Shown here one piece after another: positions 25,656 to 38,679 of a stretch of 64,000 bases of DNA; positions within the stretch are counted from its first letter, which is position 1, and every line of letters starts with the position of its first letter. Under the pieces are notes generated by a model. The model made no database searches, was not told the DNA's origin, and saw only the letters and a program-made list of their open reading frames with translations. Source of the stretch: Callorhinchus milii (lineage: Eukaryota); NCBI RefSeq assembly GCF_018977255.1, contig NW_024704743.1, positions 83,454,001 through 83,518,000 on the forward strand. Reading direction: 5' to 3'. Both the position numbers and the translations under genes were made by a program.

Positions 25656-26807
25656 CCGACAAATGTTTTTTGCCTCCCTGTCCAGCTGCTCTTATATACG
25701 ACTTTACTCAGTATTCACTCCTCCAGCTTTTATTTTGACTTTAAAAGTTATTTTAAAGTTCTTATCTGACGTAGCAACATAAAATCCATGCATTCAGAGC
25801 CGCGACTACAAAGCTTCATGATTCTCACTTGACGTTTTAATTAAGCAAGTTTTTTTTAAGCAAGTGGCGTTCAATTGCCAGTTTTGGTGATGAACACCCC
25901 TTCCCCCACCTTAACTTCTGGAGAATGGTCTCTCCATCCAGCTCCTGCAGAACTGATTCAACATCATCTTGGATTTCAACATTGTTTAAAATATTTTCAG
26001 GCCATTAATTGGCGGAGACACATGAAATCAGGCTCGCCTGGCCTGACTGGAGACTAAATGTTTTAATTTCTCGTGCTCTCTTTACTTTAACTAATGTGTA
26101 GTAGGAACCGGCTTGATTGATTTAATTTTTTTCCCCAATTATTTGCTTATGTGGCCTGCACTTAGTGGAGCCCACCTCACAGACCCTTTAGTAAATGGAA
26201 CATAAACGGAAAAGTGGACCCTTGAAACCTTTCTGGCACTTCTTTTTCTCCTCCTCCCACTACTGCTGGTCCTGAATTATGTTAAATTGGTTATTTATAA
26301 GGAAGATGCTATATCTACAATGGCATTTTATGCTGGTTTAACACCCATTGTGCACAGATGCAGTGAATCATGGCTTTATCTGCAGGTATAGTTTTCCCAC
26401 AGCCAAGACCATAAATCGGCAGTGGGTTAATAATGAGACGAACACAATGCCATTTGTGTGTCTATCAATCGCCTGTGTATGTTTCCTATGTGTATGGACG
26501 CACCCACAGAGGGGAAACTCTGAGGTAGTGAGGCAGTGTGCCCACGGTCTTTAACCATGTGGGCATGGGAACAGGATTGTTTTTAAACTTTGCATGATAG
26601 CAAGAAATCAAACAACAGATGAACACCCCCCCTAAATCAACCATACTTTCTCTCTGTGGTCACCTCAATTATCCATGCATCTCATGAACAGTTGCTGCTG
26701 CTTAAAAGTTTAGCTAGGACGGGCAAAATCGACTGGCTTCAGTCCCTTCAAATCAGTTTCAAATTATACTGAATTGATCACCTGTTTATTCTTCATTATT
26801 TCAGGTT

Positions 26808-27740
26808 ACAACAACAACCAAGTTATATTTGTAAAGAGCTTTTCATCTCGGGAAGACATCCCAAGGCGCTTAACAGTCGAGGATCAGGACCCTAGCGTGG
26901 CGGGGGGGGGGGGGGGGCAGAGTTGGAATTAGGGAGGGCAGAGAGGTAGGAGGGGGAGTTCGAAAATGAGAGTCTTGAATCATGCCTTGAAGGAGGCAAG
27001 GGGGGGGGAGCAAGGTGAAGGGATAGACTTCCAAGGGGTGGGGGCAGAGAGACTGAAAACCCGGCCGCCGATGGTAGTGCGGTTTGGGCGGGAGACATGG
27101 AGCAGGCTGGAGCCTGCTGAATGGAGGGAACAGACAGGTTTATATGAGGTTAGCAGGTCAGAGGTACAGGAGGGAGCAAGGCTGTGGAAAGCTTTCAAAG
27201 TGAGAACGAGGATTTTGAATTCTATCCTCTAAGGAATGGGGAGCCAGTGGAGCCGGGCGAGGGTGAGGGTGATGGGGTCATTGAGCCTGGTGTGGGAGAG
27301 GACACGAGCTGCAGAGTTTTGGATGATCTGCAGCTTTTGGAGGGAAGAGTTGGGAAAGCCGACAAGGAGGGAGTTTCCGTAGTCAAGCCTTGAGGTGGCG
27401 AATGCATGTATGAGGGTTTTGGCGGCCTGAGGGGTGAGGCAATGGCAGAGTTGGGCAATGTTGCAGAGATGTGGGAAGGCAGAGCAGGTCATGGTTGAAC
27501 AAGACACCCAGATTCCTGACTGGCTTGGTGAGGTGGAGTGTGCATCCGTGAATGCTGATGCTGCCAGTGCCTGAGGCGCTGGTGTGAGCCAATCAGGAGG
27601 GCCTCAGTCTTGTTAACATTCAGCCGTAGAAAGTTGTCTCTCATCCAAGACTTGATGTCTGACTGACAGTCTGTCAGGACGTCAGTTTCCTGGAAGCGAG
27701 GGTGAAGGCAGAGAGATAGAGTTGGGTGTCATCCATGTAC
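26808..27740 (-). mobile_element. L2 LINE 3' fragment
   Basis: YMDDTQLYL, TSRLDYGNSLL, LQIIQNSAARVL, LHWLPIP, TIGGRVFS; (TTG)n tail at the left. Confidence 0.93.
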
Positions 27741-28049
27741 CCACTTCTGCTTTAAGTCATACACTATCCCCCAGACACAAGGTCAAACATACAACATGCT
27801 ACCAGGACTCTGTCAACACCAACATTCCCACCAGTGAACAAAAGGTTTGCCAGATCATAATAAAATAATAATATTTGCATTTGAAAGAGTGCTTTATCAT
27901 ATTGCCGAGATTCCTCAAACTGCTTCACAGGAATTTTACTGAAGTGTCGTGACTGTGTGTTTTGTACGCAAAGGCAATTCGCACACAGCAGTGTCCCACA
28001 AACAGCCATGCTGCAAATGATCAATTTTTATCTAATCAAATGAGAAGTG

Positions 28050-28530
28050 CAGATGAAGACAGCCTTTGACCCAACAGTTCTCTAAATCCTTCCATTACAG
28101 TATCAAGCAACCAGGCCATACCACGCCAGCTGTTAATTGACCTCTAGTGAAGCAATATTTCTTGGTCGGGGGTTGGTCCTGAAATTGCTCTTTGCAGCCC
28201 TGAGTCTGCAACATATTGTCTGCTGCTTGAAAGTATTATTTGGGGTTTACTTCCTCTATTTTATTTATATCTTATATTTAATCTTACATACCTCTATAAA
28301 ATCACTTTCCGAGACATCCTTTTTGAGGGTGAAATGTCTTAACTTATCCAGTTGTTCTTTATGTTGACGATAGTGGTCTTCTGCATAGAGTAGTGCCTGG
28401 CTATCACTTTCCACCTGCTGCTGAGGATATAACCAACTGCTATGTGGGATTTCACAGGTATATAACCCACATCCCATAACACATTGTAGCACACACTCTG
28501 CTGCAACCATCCACCACAAACTGCAGTGAT
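28050..28530 (-). mobile_element. Very degenerate CR1-like fragment
   Basis: GCCTTTGACCCA 3'UTR-like motif and CACCTCTATAAAATCAC, similar to reverse CR1 ORF2 ends. Confidence 0.35.
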
Positions 28531-30350
28531 CATTCTGACAATTTCCTATTTTGGCACTTTTATTTTAAACCTGCTATTGTTTCAAAATAAAAGTGGTTCC
28601 CTTTTTCAGGAAACTCAATAGTGAAATGAACCATAAAAACTGAAGGGTCAAGGAGCTTTAACCTCAGAACGCTGAAGTTGCCAGTGCTAATAATGTACTG
28701 CTACACTTGAAATCTTCATAGAACCACATAGATCATATGTCCTCGATTTCCAGGGATATTCCCCAGATGTGGCCAAATTTGCCCTATTGAGTTCAGCAAC
28801 AAACTGCGCAAGAATACAATTCTAAAACAGATACACTCATCAAAGAAATACAGCCATTAATCCAACACGCTTCTCCAGTACTGCCAGTAATCAGGATTGT
28901 TTTCATATGTGTTCCTGGATTTGGTTTACAGAATATGGTCACCCTAGATTACAGAACATGCTTGAAGTAGAAGCATTAGCCATTAGCACTTCACTACTTA
29001 ACTTTTTTGAGTGGTAGGGATTCTTTCCATTAACAATCGCTGTAACTTTTTATACCATGGTTACCAATTCTGTCCTCAAAAGGTTTTAATGCATAAAATA
29101 TACAGTGCATTGTGTAACTGCTGCTTTTGTATCAATAATATCTCTATGGGCCGTGAAGTGATCTGCTATTTAAATAATTTCCTTCTTGTCGTGCAAAATG
29201 AACAAATGTACAAAAATGACAGGATCACTCATTTATCCTGCATAGAAAACATTAATGATATCAACAAATGTAAATAGTTACCACTCAACACCCAGCAACC
29301 CCCCTATAATTATTGTTACCAACTTACTGTCAGTATGTTCGAATATTTCTTCAGCTTGTGCCAACAAAAGCAAACGAGTTTCAAGGTCAATGAGAAACAG
29401 TTGGTTTCGGTTTTATCTGAATTCCAGCTTTGCATTTTTTTTGCAACAAAAGTTAGCATTTTAAACAGGAAGCCATTCTGATTGTACTAAAATTTCCCAT
29501 AGTTAAAAAAGGCAAGAGATATCAGACATCACCTATTTCCGTTTGCTGCACTACAGTGAAACAATTCGGCAGTGAAATAGGTTTCGGAAAAAAAGCAACC
29601 CACCTAGACTTTGCAGCAGTTGAGAAATTGTTCAGATGAGTTGGTAGGGTACACAAGCTAGCAAAGCAACCTGCTCTGAAACTGCTGCACAAACACACCC
29701 AAAGTTAATAAGTGGTCTGCAACTACCATTCAGGAAGAGATACTCAGCATGTTATCAAGTTCACTGAGGCAATTCAAAGCCATTTTTCTATGCAGAGTGT
29801 GCACATTAACTGCAAATTTTTGCTTATTAAACAGATAACAAGATAGCCCGGGGCTGGTAGGAAATAAAATCCCATTGAAGGTAATTTTGCAAAATGAAAC
29901 CATTTGCAGCTTACAAGTGTATTTTGTCTTTGATTTCACCCTACAAGCAGAAGAAACTGCCATGCAAACTAGCTTTGTCTCTTGATTACACATACCCTGG
30001 TTAACAGTTCCACTTTTGAATGTTGTAACTATAATGCAACACATACATCAATAAAACTGTCTACTTTCAATGTGTAGCTTCCAAAAACAATCAGATGTAA
30101 CCAAAATAGGCAAACAACTCTCAAAGCAAACATTGCCCGATTAAGTTCTGCTCATAAATTGCACAAAGTTTTATAGCTATAATCTGCAACAGATGTTTGG
30201 GTTACAAAATTGTATTAGATTTTCTTTCCCCTTCTCACTTGAAAGTGGCAACTGAGAATGGAGCAAGAAACCATGGACCCCAGCAGCTTACTAAAACCTC
30301 ACCCGAAACAATTCTTCTCTTGATCAGAAATTGGGCATCTTGGCAGGCTA

Positions 30351-30674
30351 TGTGGAGTCCTGTAGCTTAGTGGTTAGAACACTCACCTCACAAGTGAGAT
30401 ACCTGGGTTTGATTCCCAGCAGGGAGAAATCGTGGGCAAGTTTCCTTACTCCACATGCCTGATAATAATCCCTCAAGAAAAAAAACAATAATAAATTAGT
30501 CATTTCAATCCACGACTGTCTGTGGGACACTGCTGTGCACAATTGGCTGCCGCGTTTCGCCCACAAATATACAGTAAATTCACTTTACAGTGTATTTTGT
30601 GAAGCGCTTTGAGATGTCTAGACGACGTGAAAAGCGCTATATCAAATGCAAGGATTATTATTATATTATTATTT
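30351..30674 (+). mobile_element. Full-length tRNA-Ala-headed SINE
   Basis: Collinear with 282-607. Confidence 0.92.
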
Positions 30675-30824
30675 TACATTATGACAGCAAAATCCCAATG
30701 TTGTTCTCACCTAATGTCAGTGCTAACCTAGCTGAGATCACCCAACTAAGGATGGGTTCAGAAGTCCAACCTAGGAACTTCTTGACTCAGAACAATACAG
30801 TGACACAACTCTTACTACACTTGT

Positions 30825-31191
30825 GTGTTTGTGGGACATTGCTATGCGCCTGGCGCAGTGGTAGCACTCTCACCTCTGAGTCAGGAGGTTGTGGGTTCAA
30901 GCCCTATGTTGGGTCTTGGAATCACATAGTCTAAGCTGATGCTCCAATGCAGTGCTGGGGGGTGTAGCGTAGTAGGAGGTGCCGTCCTTCGGATGAGACA
31001 TTAAACAGAGGTTCCATCTGCCTTTCGGGTGGACGTTAAAGATCCCATGGCACTATTCGAAAAGAAGGGAATGCTGCTGCACTTGCCTATGAATCACAGT
31101 CACTATACTTTGCAATAAAAATCCTGTGAAGTGCTTTGAGACGATCTCCCAATGTGAAAGGTGCTATCTAAAATGTAAGTATTATTATTAT
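30825..31191 (+). mobile_element. Deu-domain SINE (SacSINE1/AmnSINE1-like body), rearranged
   Basis: tRNA-like head GCAGTGGTAGCACTCTCACCTCTGAGTCAGGAGGTTGTGGGTTCAAGCCC; Deu core GGATGAGACATTAAACAGAGG...GGTGGACGTTAAAGATCCCATGGCACTATTCG. Confidence 0.85.
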
Positions 31192-31312
31192 TTGCTCACT
31201 GAGCCATTGGCAGCCCTTATATCAGATGTTCCAGTTCTTCCTTCTTCTCTCTTTCTTTATTTCTTTCTTCCTTTTTTTATTTCTTTCTTTCTCGCTTACT
31301 TGTTTGCTTTTC

Positions 31313-31898
31313 ACTCGCCTCCGCCACTATCTCTCCCCTCAGGCCTCTGAGATACTCATCTGTGCTTTCATTACATTAAGGCTTTACTATACCCCTTGCT
31401 CACTGGACTCCCCAACTCTTTCCTCTACAAGTTGCATATTATTCAGAACTCTGCAGTTTGTGTCTCTCTCCCGCACTAAGCTTCGTGAGTCAATAATCCC
31501 AACCCTTGCCAGGGGTGAATGGCTTCCCTTCCCCCAGAGGTTAGAGTTTAAGATTCTTGTCCTCACTTTTAAAACCTTCACCGTCTTGCTCCTCCCTACT
31601 TCTGCAACCTTACCAACCTACCTGCTCCCTCCGCTCAGAGGGCACCGGCCTGTTTCACATCCCCCACCTGGGCGTTCAGCCTTTCGTATTAATCCTGTGT
31701 AACTGCATCCCAGATTCCCTTTGCCTCACCCTCTCCCTTGTCTCCTTCAAAGCCCATCTCAAGACCTTCCTCTTTGACCATGACTTCAGTCATCTTCCAA
31801 CCTCCACCCCACGAGCCCTCCACCCTTCTTGATTCTAAACCCCAGGTTGGGAGCAAATCTTTGACTTTCCAGCACCTTGGCATGTCCTTCCAATGTGA
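31313..31898 (+). mobile_element. Old L2 3' fragment
   Basis: RLRHYLSPQASEILICAFIT, WLPFPQRLEFKILVLTFK, SFKAHLKTFLF. Confidence 0.88.
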
Positions 31899-32262
31899 AT
31901 AATAATAATATTTGTTTTTGATATAGCGCCTTATCATGTCTTCGAGATGTCTCAAAGCGCTTCACAGAATATATTGTAAAATTAATTGACTGTATTTTTT
32001 ATGGGCGAAACACGGCAGCTAATTGCGCACAGCAAGATCCCACAAACAGTCGTAGATTGAGTGCCAAATTATTTATTTATTTATTTTGAAGGGATTGTTA
32101 CCCCGGAAAAGTGACCAGCAACCAGGTTCCTGCTTACTGCTAGGTAAAAGAGGAGTGCAGAGCAAGGAAACTTGCTTAACGTTTAGCCCTGCCCAGGAAT
32201 CGAATCCAGGTCCTCTCGCTTGCGAGGCGATTGCTCTAACCAATACCCTACGAAACTCCACA
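31899..32262 (-). mobile_element. Long-form variant of the tRNA-Ala-headed SINE
   Basis: Same head and tail as 282-607 plus an extra ~48-bp central segment at about 32103-32150. Confidence 0.88.
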
Positions 32263-32955
32263 AGTGGAGTGAGAGGGGCTGTATAAATGCAATTTGTCGT
32301 TGTTCCTTTCTTTTTCCCCTCTGTCACATCATATTATTTATCTGTGATTGGAAAGATTGGGTGTCACAACACACTGGTATTTCCATTGGTACATACACTG
32401 CTGTTCTATCAACAAACCATAGGAGGTGTGGGTTGTACGGGGAGATGCTTGAGTGATTTAAGAAGGGAATTCTCCCCAGCTAGTCTTTCCTCCCTCCTTA
32501 TGAAGCAATTGTTTACTGCAATAAATCCCCATTTAACAGCCCAAACTTCATGATGTATATTAAGATGCCTTAAAAAGCAAACACTATTAAACCTGTGGAG
32601 CACACTGCGCAGTGCTTTGTTCACATTCTTTCATTCACTGGAAGTCGGTCGTACATCATTCTCACTGACAGTGACTTGAGAACAATGCACCTTTGACACT
32701 CATGGAACACTCACCACTGCGTATGCGCAATTCTGTGCACAATGCTTTTTACCTACAAACATGCAGCAAATTCACCAAGAACATTTTAAAGCCAATTTCT
32801 CTTCTCTGTAACAGTATTCCTGTTTATTATATCAGTCTATGTAGGAAACCCATGCAGAATCAGATCCATACCTCTGGGCTTTCAGATCTCAAGTTTCACA
32901 AGGTCTGTACAGCTACTAAAAATACCCAGTAGATATATATTCTGCCAACTTGAGC

Positions 32956-33277
32956 CATTCCCCCGCTCCAATCGCCCTACCATCGGTGGCCGGGCCTTCA
33001 GCCTCTCAGCCCCTAGGCTCTGGAACTCCTTCCCCCAGTGCCTTCGCCGCTTCCTCCCTTTCCTCCTTCAAGGCCGGTCTCAAGACCTTTCTCTTTGACC
33101 GTGCCTTCAGCTCCCCTCTCGACTCTCTACCCCCTCCTCGCTCCCTCCCTTCCCTCCCCTCACCCTGACCATTTCTCCCCAATGCTCGGGTCCTGACCCA
33201 ACTGTCCAGCGCCTTGGGACGTCCTCCCGACGTGAAAGGCGCTCTATACATGGAATCTTGTTGTTCTTGTCGTTGTT
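32956..33277 (+). mobile_element. Young short L2 3' fragment
   Basis: Nearly identical to 4236-4546 and 61276-61677. Confidence 0.92.
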
Positions 33278-33780
33278 TACTCAGGACTGATATCTGAGGG
33301 GAGAAATTCCACCTGGGTCTACATTTCACCAACAAAATATACAGTCAATTCACTTTACAGTATATTCTGTAAAGCGCTTTGAGATGTTTCGAAGATGTGA
33401 TAGGGCGCTATATCAAATGCAAGGATTATTATTATTTACTCTATTTATGTAACATTTGAGAGTGTCCAAAATCCTGCAAATTGTTGAATTCAGTTTTAAC
33501 TTCTTTAATTATTTAAAGGAATTTACAGAAAAACAACTTCAAAATTGTCGCTTATATTTAAAAAGTTGCCGAATTCTAGCTGCTCTATAAACACCACCTT
33601 AATGAAAGTGAATCTAGACCCAAGTGGAATCTCTGCCCTCAAACATCAGTGCTGTGTAAGTTGCACAATGCGACAGAACATATATCTACTGGATATATCT
33701 TCCTACATATTCATTGAGGAAGTTTATTGAAGATATGAAACCATAAAGCCATACATACTTTATCATTGCAAATATTTTTG

Positions 33781-34013
33781 GCCTGACATTTTACCTAGTC
33801 TTAGCCTATTAAGACTATCCTGTTTTACAATTTAATACCGCATTGAATTGTAGAAAACTCATCAATGCTATCTTAATTTGGAAGCTGGTTATTTTTAAGA
33901 ACTGTGGAATATCAGGCTCCAGATTAAAACTGGATTTGGAAATTTTCCACAGTTATGCATTTAAATTTTAAGAAAAAAGTCTTAACAACCTAAGACTGTG
34001 TGAAATTTCAGGC
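33781..34013. mobile_element. MITE-like element with 36-bp terminal inverted repeats
   Basis: 33781-33816 matches the reverse complement of 33978-34013 at 29/36 positions; partial copies at 12955-13105 and about 2250-2290. Confidence 0.7.
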
Positions 34014-35193
34014 ATCATCCTATTAACCTTTTTACCGGTGGTGCTGTGCCTTTAATTGTGTAGCCATAAAGATAGGCTTCCTCTTCAACGTTAAAATCAT
34101 TACCACACGTTTTAGAGAATACGTCTGGCTTAGAACTAGCGGTGGTCCTTCCTAACCATGCGCTCCAATCATTTCCTGTTCAATCTGTCTGTACAATAAT
34201 CTTCCTTCAAACTCCAATCAGTCAGAAGGAAAAGGAACTCTAACAGCACCCAGACATAAATATCCAGCCATGCCGAGATGATTATTAACTAGATATTAGT
34301 CCCCAGGGCAAACCAACTCCTAATTTGAGAAGCACCCTATAATCTCTAATCAACACTAATCCAACAGCAACCCAGATAAAGCAGCCCTATGATAAACTGA
34401 TTTGCCTTCAAGACCATTTACAAAGTCCGTCACCCATTGATTACAGTTCAGTTTGTGCCCACACCTTGAATCCCAGGTAGAACTACTAATTATCACATAT
34501 TGGTACATATCTACAGAGATGAAATTTAGTCTTCAAAGTCACTCTAATATCATGGAACACTAGACTGATTCAGCCAACAGTCTTATACTGTGCTGCTTAA
34601 AATGTATTACACTAGACAAAATCAAGAAGGCTAAACTCAGTAATTTGAGAATTACTTAAGTAGCTTAATGATTGCTTATTTTTTCTGCTCTGATCAACCA
34701 ATCAGTTCTTAAAATGTTTGTTGCAAAGTCTGAGGGTGTTCACATTTTCCTTTACTGCACAGAGTAGTATATTTGAAACAACAATGCTCAGATTACAAAA
34801 TTAAGTCATGCTGAATGGATTAGTGAGCCCAAAATAAAGAAAGAAAGCAAGGGTAGGGAGGGAAAGGGAAAAGCAAGTTGTAAACTTGGAAGTATAATTG
34901 TGCCCATGGGGTAACAAGGAAATGAATGGCTGGATCAGTAATTGTCTAAACCCTGAAAGAAACATTTACTTTGCTTTAAGTAACTGAGACCTATTTCACA
35001 GTATGTTTGGAAAACATTTCCTAAAATTACAGAGGTGAGGCAGTACTTTCTCCATTTTATTTTTAGTAATGAGTGTTGCTAAAACGTTTCATTGTATTTT
35101 GCCTGTAATTATTAATAGAACAGGAAAGATCACAATCACCATTCTTAACATTACAGTAAACAACATGCACAATAAAACTGAACATACGCTTAC

Positions 35194-35249
35194 CTCAGCA
35201 CAGCCAGCTGTTAAGTGTAGAATTGAATAGTTTTGCTGCAAAACTGGCC
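35194..35249 (-). other. Candidate 56-nt internal exon of the minus-strand gene
   Basis: tttaat...ccccacccccttttggtttctgaacag|GGCCAG...GCTGAG|gtaagc: strong acceptor and donor in a repeat-poor stretch. Only one open frame (PVLQQNYSILHLTAGCAE), not recognised. Confidence 0.5.
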
Positions 35250-37429
35250 CTGTTCAGAAACCAAAAGGGGGTGGGGTAGCATTAAACTTTAAACAAACTG
35301 TTCAGCAACTGCTCGAAACTCGCTCTTGAGTTGGTAAAACAGAAAGCAGTATTTGTTCTTTAGATATCAAGGTCAGTCACTGAATTAAAATAACCAGGCA
35401 ACATTTTGGTTTTAACTTCCCATTCTGAAAGGAAACGTGAATCATTGTTTGATTTTTTTTACAATCCTGCACTACTTCTGCAATAAATTAAACAAAGGAA
35501 ATGGTGACTTAATTTCTAGTCAAGAAGAAAAGAAAACACCAGAAAGTAGAAAAACCTAATAAGAATTATCTTAATAGGATTAGTAGAGTTTTATAATGAT
35601 CTATTTAGATTTTCTGTTCATTAAATATCACTCTCAAAATCATTCAGTAGTGCAATATTAATATTATGTCATATGTGTGTGGGCAAATTTGAATAACTCA
35701 TCCATATTTGCAATATCCTCTTCTGTTAACCCTTTCTGAAATCATTTTATCATACACCAGGAAACTACAAAGTATTCATCTGCAATGGATTAAATTGACG
35801 ATAAACATTCCCAGTTTAAGCACACATGCCTTTTATTCAGACAAAAAGCTTTTACCTAAACCCCCTGATGCATAAATGATTTTGAATGTAATGTCTACTA
35901 CTGTGCATATAAATGTATGAAAGGAGGCAATGTCATCATTTGCAACCAAATAGAAAAAGAAATGTGCCATTAATACAGCAAGTTCAGAAAAGAAAACATG
36001 TCAGTGGAACATGCTACTGAATCAGTGAAGCTTCATGCTAAATCTCTTCTATTCCTGGGAAGAATGCAGATTGACCTTGTGCCATCGTCTCACATCAGAC
36101 AGTTATTGTGCTTATTTCTGTTGTGAAAGGCTTGGCTAAGTTAGGTAGTCACTGGTATCTTTCGCTACCCATTAGAATACTAGCATTTTGTATTACCTAA
36201 GCATGTTTAAATCTACACCATGCTTGCCTACTAATGAGTATATTTTAAATACACTATCGGTGGTGGGGTGCTTATTGTTATGCAAAGCTTGGGACGTCCT
36301 CCCGACTTGAAAGGCGCTGTACAAATGTAATTTTGTATTGTAAAACAAAAGACAGAAGAGCCCTCTTCTTTTGAAATCATGCTCAGCCCCTGCGTTAGTT
36401 ACAGATAGTAAACTTCAAAGTTCACACTGGGTCAATGACAATGGCGTCAGATTCATGTGGCACTGCAGCATCTACATACTGCTGCACAACTGTACTTAAT
36501 GCACATCACATATTCCCTAAATGTTGGATCCATTAGTGAACAGAATCCTCTGATACAGGACAAGCAGCACATCTGGTTATGAAATGCGTGTAACCCCAAT
36601 TATATTAAGCACCAAGCTTAGCCATCTCCGTAGGGTAATGTTACAATGCGTTTTCATGTCTGGGAGTTTACATTACAGACAGACTTAATTTCTGGAGAAG
36701 CCAGCAATAACCTGCATTGAGTACTCCACTGCACAGCCATCATGTTGTCTGCAATCTTTCTCAGCACAAACCTTCTCAGGGAAATTTTCACATTTTTATT
36801 AAAATCATTGCTTTGATTTAAGACTAAAGATAAAAATATTAACTTTTTGCAGTGACAGATGATATTTGTAAAGCGCCTTGCAAAACACTCTACCCCTTAA
36901 AAAGAACCAAGGAAAGCCTATAAATCACAAATGAAAAATATTTCTTACATTTTTGACAACAAACAGGACTCAAACGATGAAATCTGAACACATATTTGAC
37001 TATACTTGCTGGCTGGGTCTTAAATAATGCAAACCCATGTCACTGTGTGTTGTGAATAGCTAGCCAAAAATAACAAAAATACTTAAACTGCAACTTTAAT
37101 ATATTCAACTGGCACACAAATACTGCAGTAATAAATTTCTAATTGGATACAGACAAAGGAAAACCTCAGTGGAGCATTCTTACAACTATTTGAAACGTAA
37201 CCTCTGGGAAAAAAAATTACCACTGTATTTCAGTCTATTTTTTAACATTTTCACTTTACCTCTTTTTAAAAAAAATTCCCCTATTGGTCATTTGATCTAT
37301 TGGCTTTGGTCCCCACGGGGGCTTTGATGTCGTGAAGATGAGTTGTTGATTCTTCCAACACATCTTAACATTGAACAAAATGTATTTCATTCATACTAGG
37401 AAAGGCAGAACTGTGCACTGCTAATACTA

Positions 37430-37820
37430 CTCATAATCTAGGCTGATACTCCAATGCAGTATTGGGGGAGTGCTGCATTGACGGAGGCTCCCTACTTTGG
37501 ATCAGATTTTGAACTGAGCTCCAATCTACCTCTTCAGGTGGACGTTAAAGGTCCCATGGCACCATTTGAAAAGGGAAGGGAGTTTCTGCCGATCTCCTGA
37601 ACAATAATCCTGTAGATAATATGAGTCATTAACTTCATGGCTGTTTATGGTAAACTGCTGTGCACAAACTAGTTGTCGTGTTTAGCTTACAAACATAGTA
37701 TACAGTAAAATACATGGTAAAATCCCATGAAACAGTTCCCTTGTCGGTCAAAGCGCTTTGATGAATGTCGATGATGTGATAAGATACTACATCAAATGCA
37801 AGATTTATTATATATTATTT
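37430..37820 (+). mobile_element. Deu-domain SINE, 5'-truncated
   Basis: GGCTGATACTCCAATGCAGT...CAGGTGGACGTTAAAGGTCCCATGGCAC followed by the tail. Confidence 0.8.
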
Positions 37821-38679
37821 ACTTTGTACTTATATACAATACATGGTTTTGCATAGGATGGCAAATTTGTAAATGAAGCTAGTCTTGTTATTACTAAAAG
37901 TTGGTTGCATAAAGAAGTGAGGCAGGAATAGATGCTTTATACAGTATGTAGGTGAGTGGGTGCTTGAAATGAATCCTGCAACAGCTGTTTACTATTATCT
38001 CTGAGCCCCGATCTAAAGGATAATGAAGTCAACTCAGACCAGTTGAAAGCGTGAAAGCTTTTACCGCTTGCTGAACTGAATAGACACTGTGATGAGTCTG
38101 AAATTTATAATATAAAAATTCAACAGATTTTTTATGCAGTATAATTCTGCAGTCGATCATAATAAATGTGAATTAGTGGAGATTTATACCTTATCTATGT
38201 TGAGACTCAGAGCCATAATCCAGCCTCAGCAATCAAATTAATCACAAGCTGGTTCACGAAATGGCTGTTTGTACTGCAGGGGTAGATCTGCTAACCAGGA
38301 TGGGAACATAAATATGGTAATCACTGCCGCAACTGATATTCTCATCCTCCCGCCACCCTGAAATTATAACAAAATAAGTGTCCCACCCCCATTACTGAGT
38401 GGCTGAATAGGGCAGGCAGGCAGGCTTGGGGGCATGAGGAGAGAAGATAGGGTTTGGGGAGGGTTTACTGCACATCTTTGACCCTGTGTCGAACTAGCTA
38501 AACTTAGTAAGGGTGCCATTCGATATGCTACAAACAAACAAATCAATAAATAAATATTCCGTGCGTTTGGTATAGAACGTACTGTAAAGTGTAATGTCTG
38601 TGTATTTTGTAAGCAATTGTAAATTTTTGACTTCTGCTTACCCAGGCAAGGAGAAAACTAAAACCACCACCACCACCAT

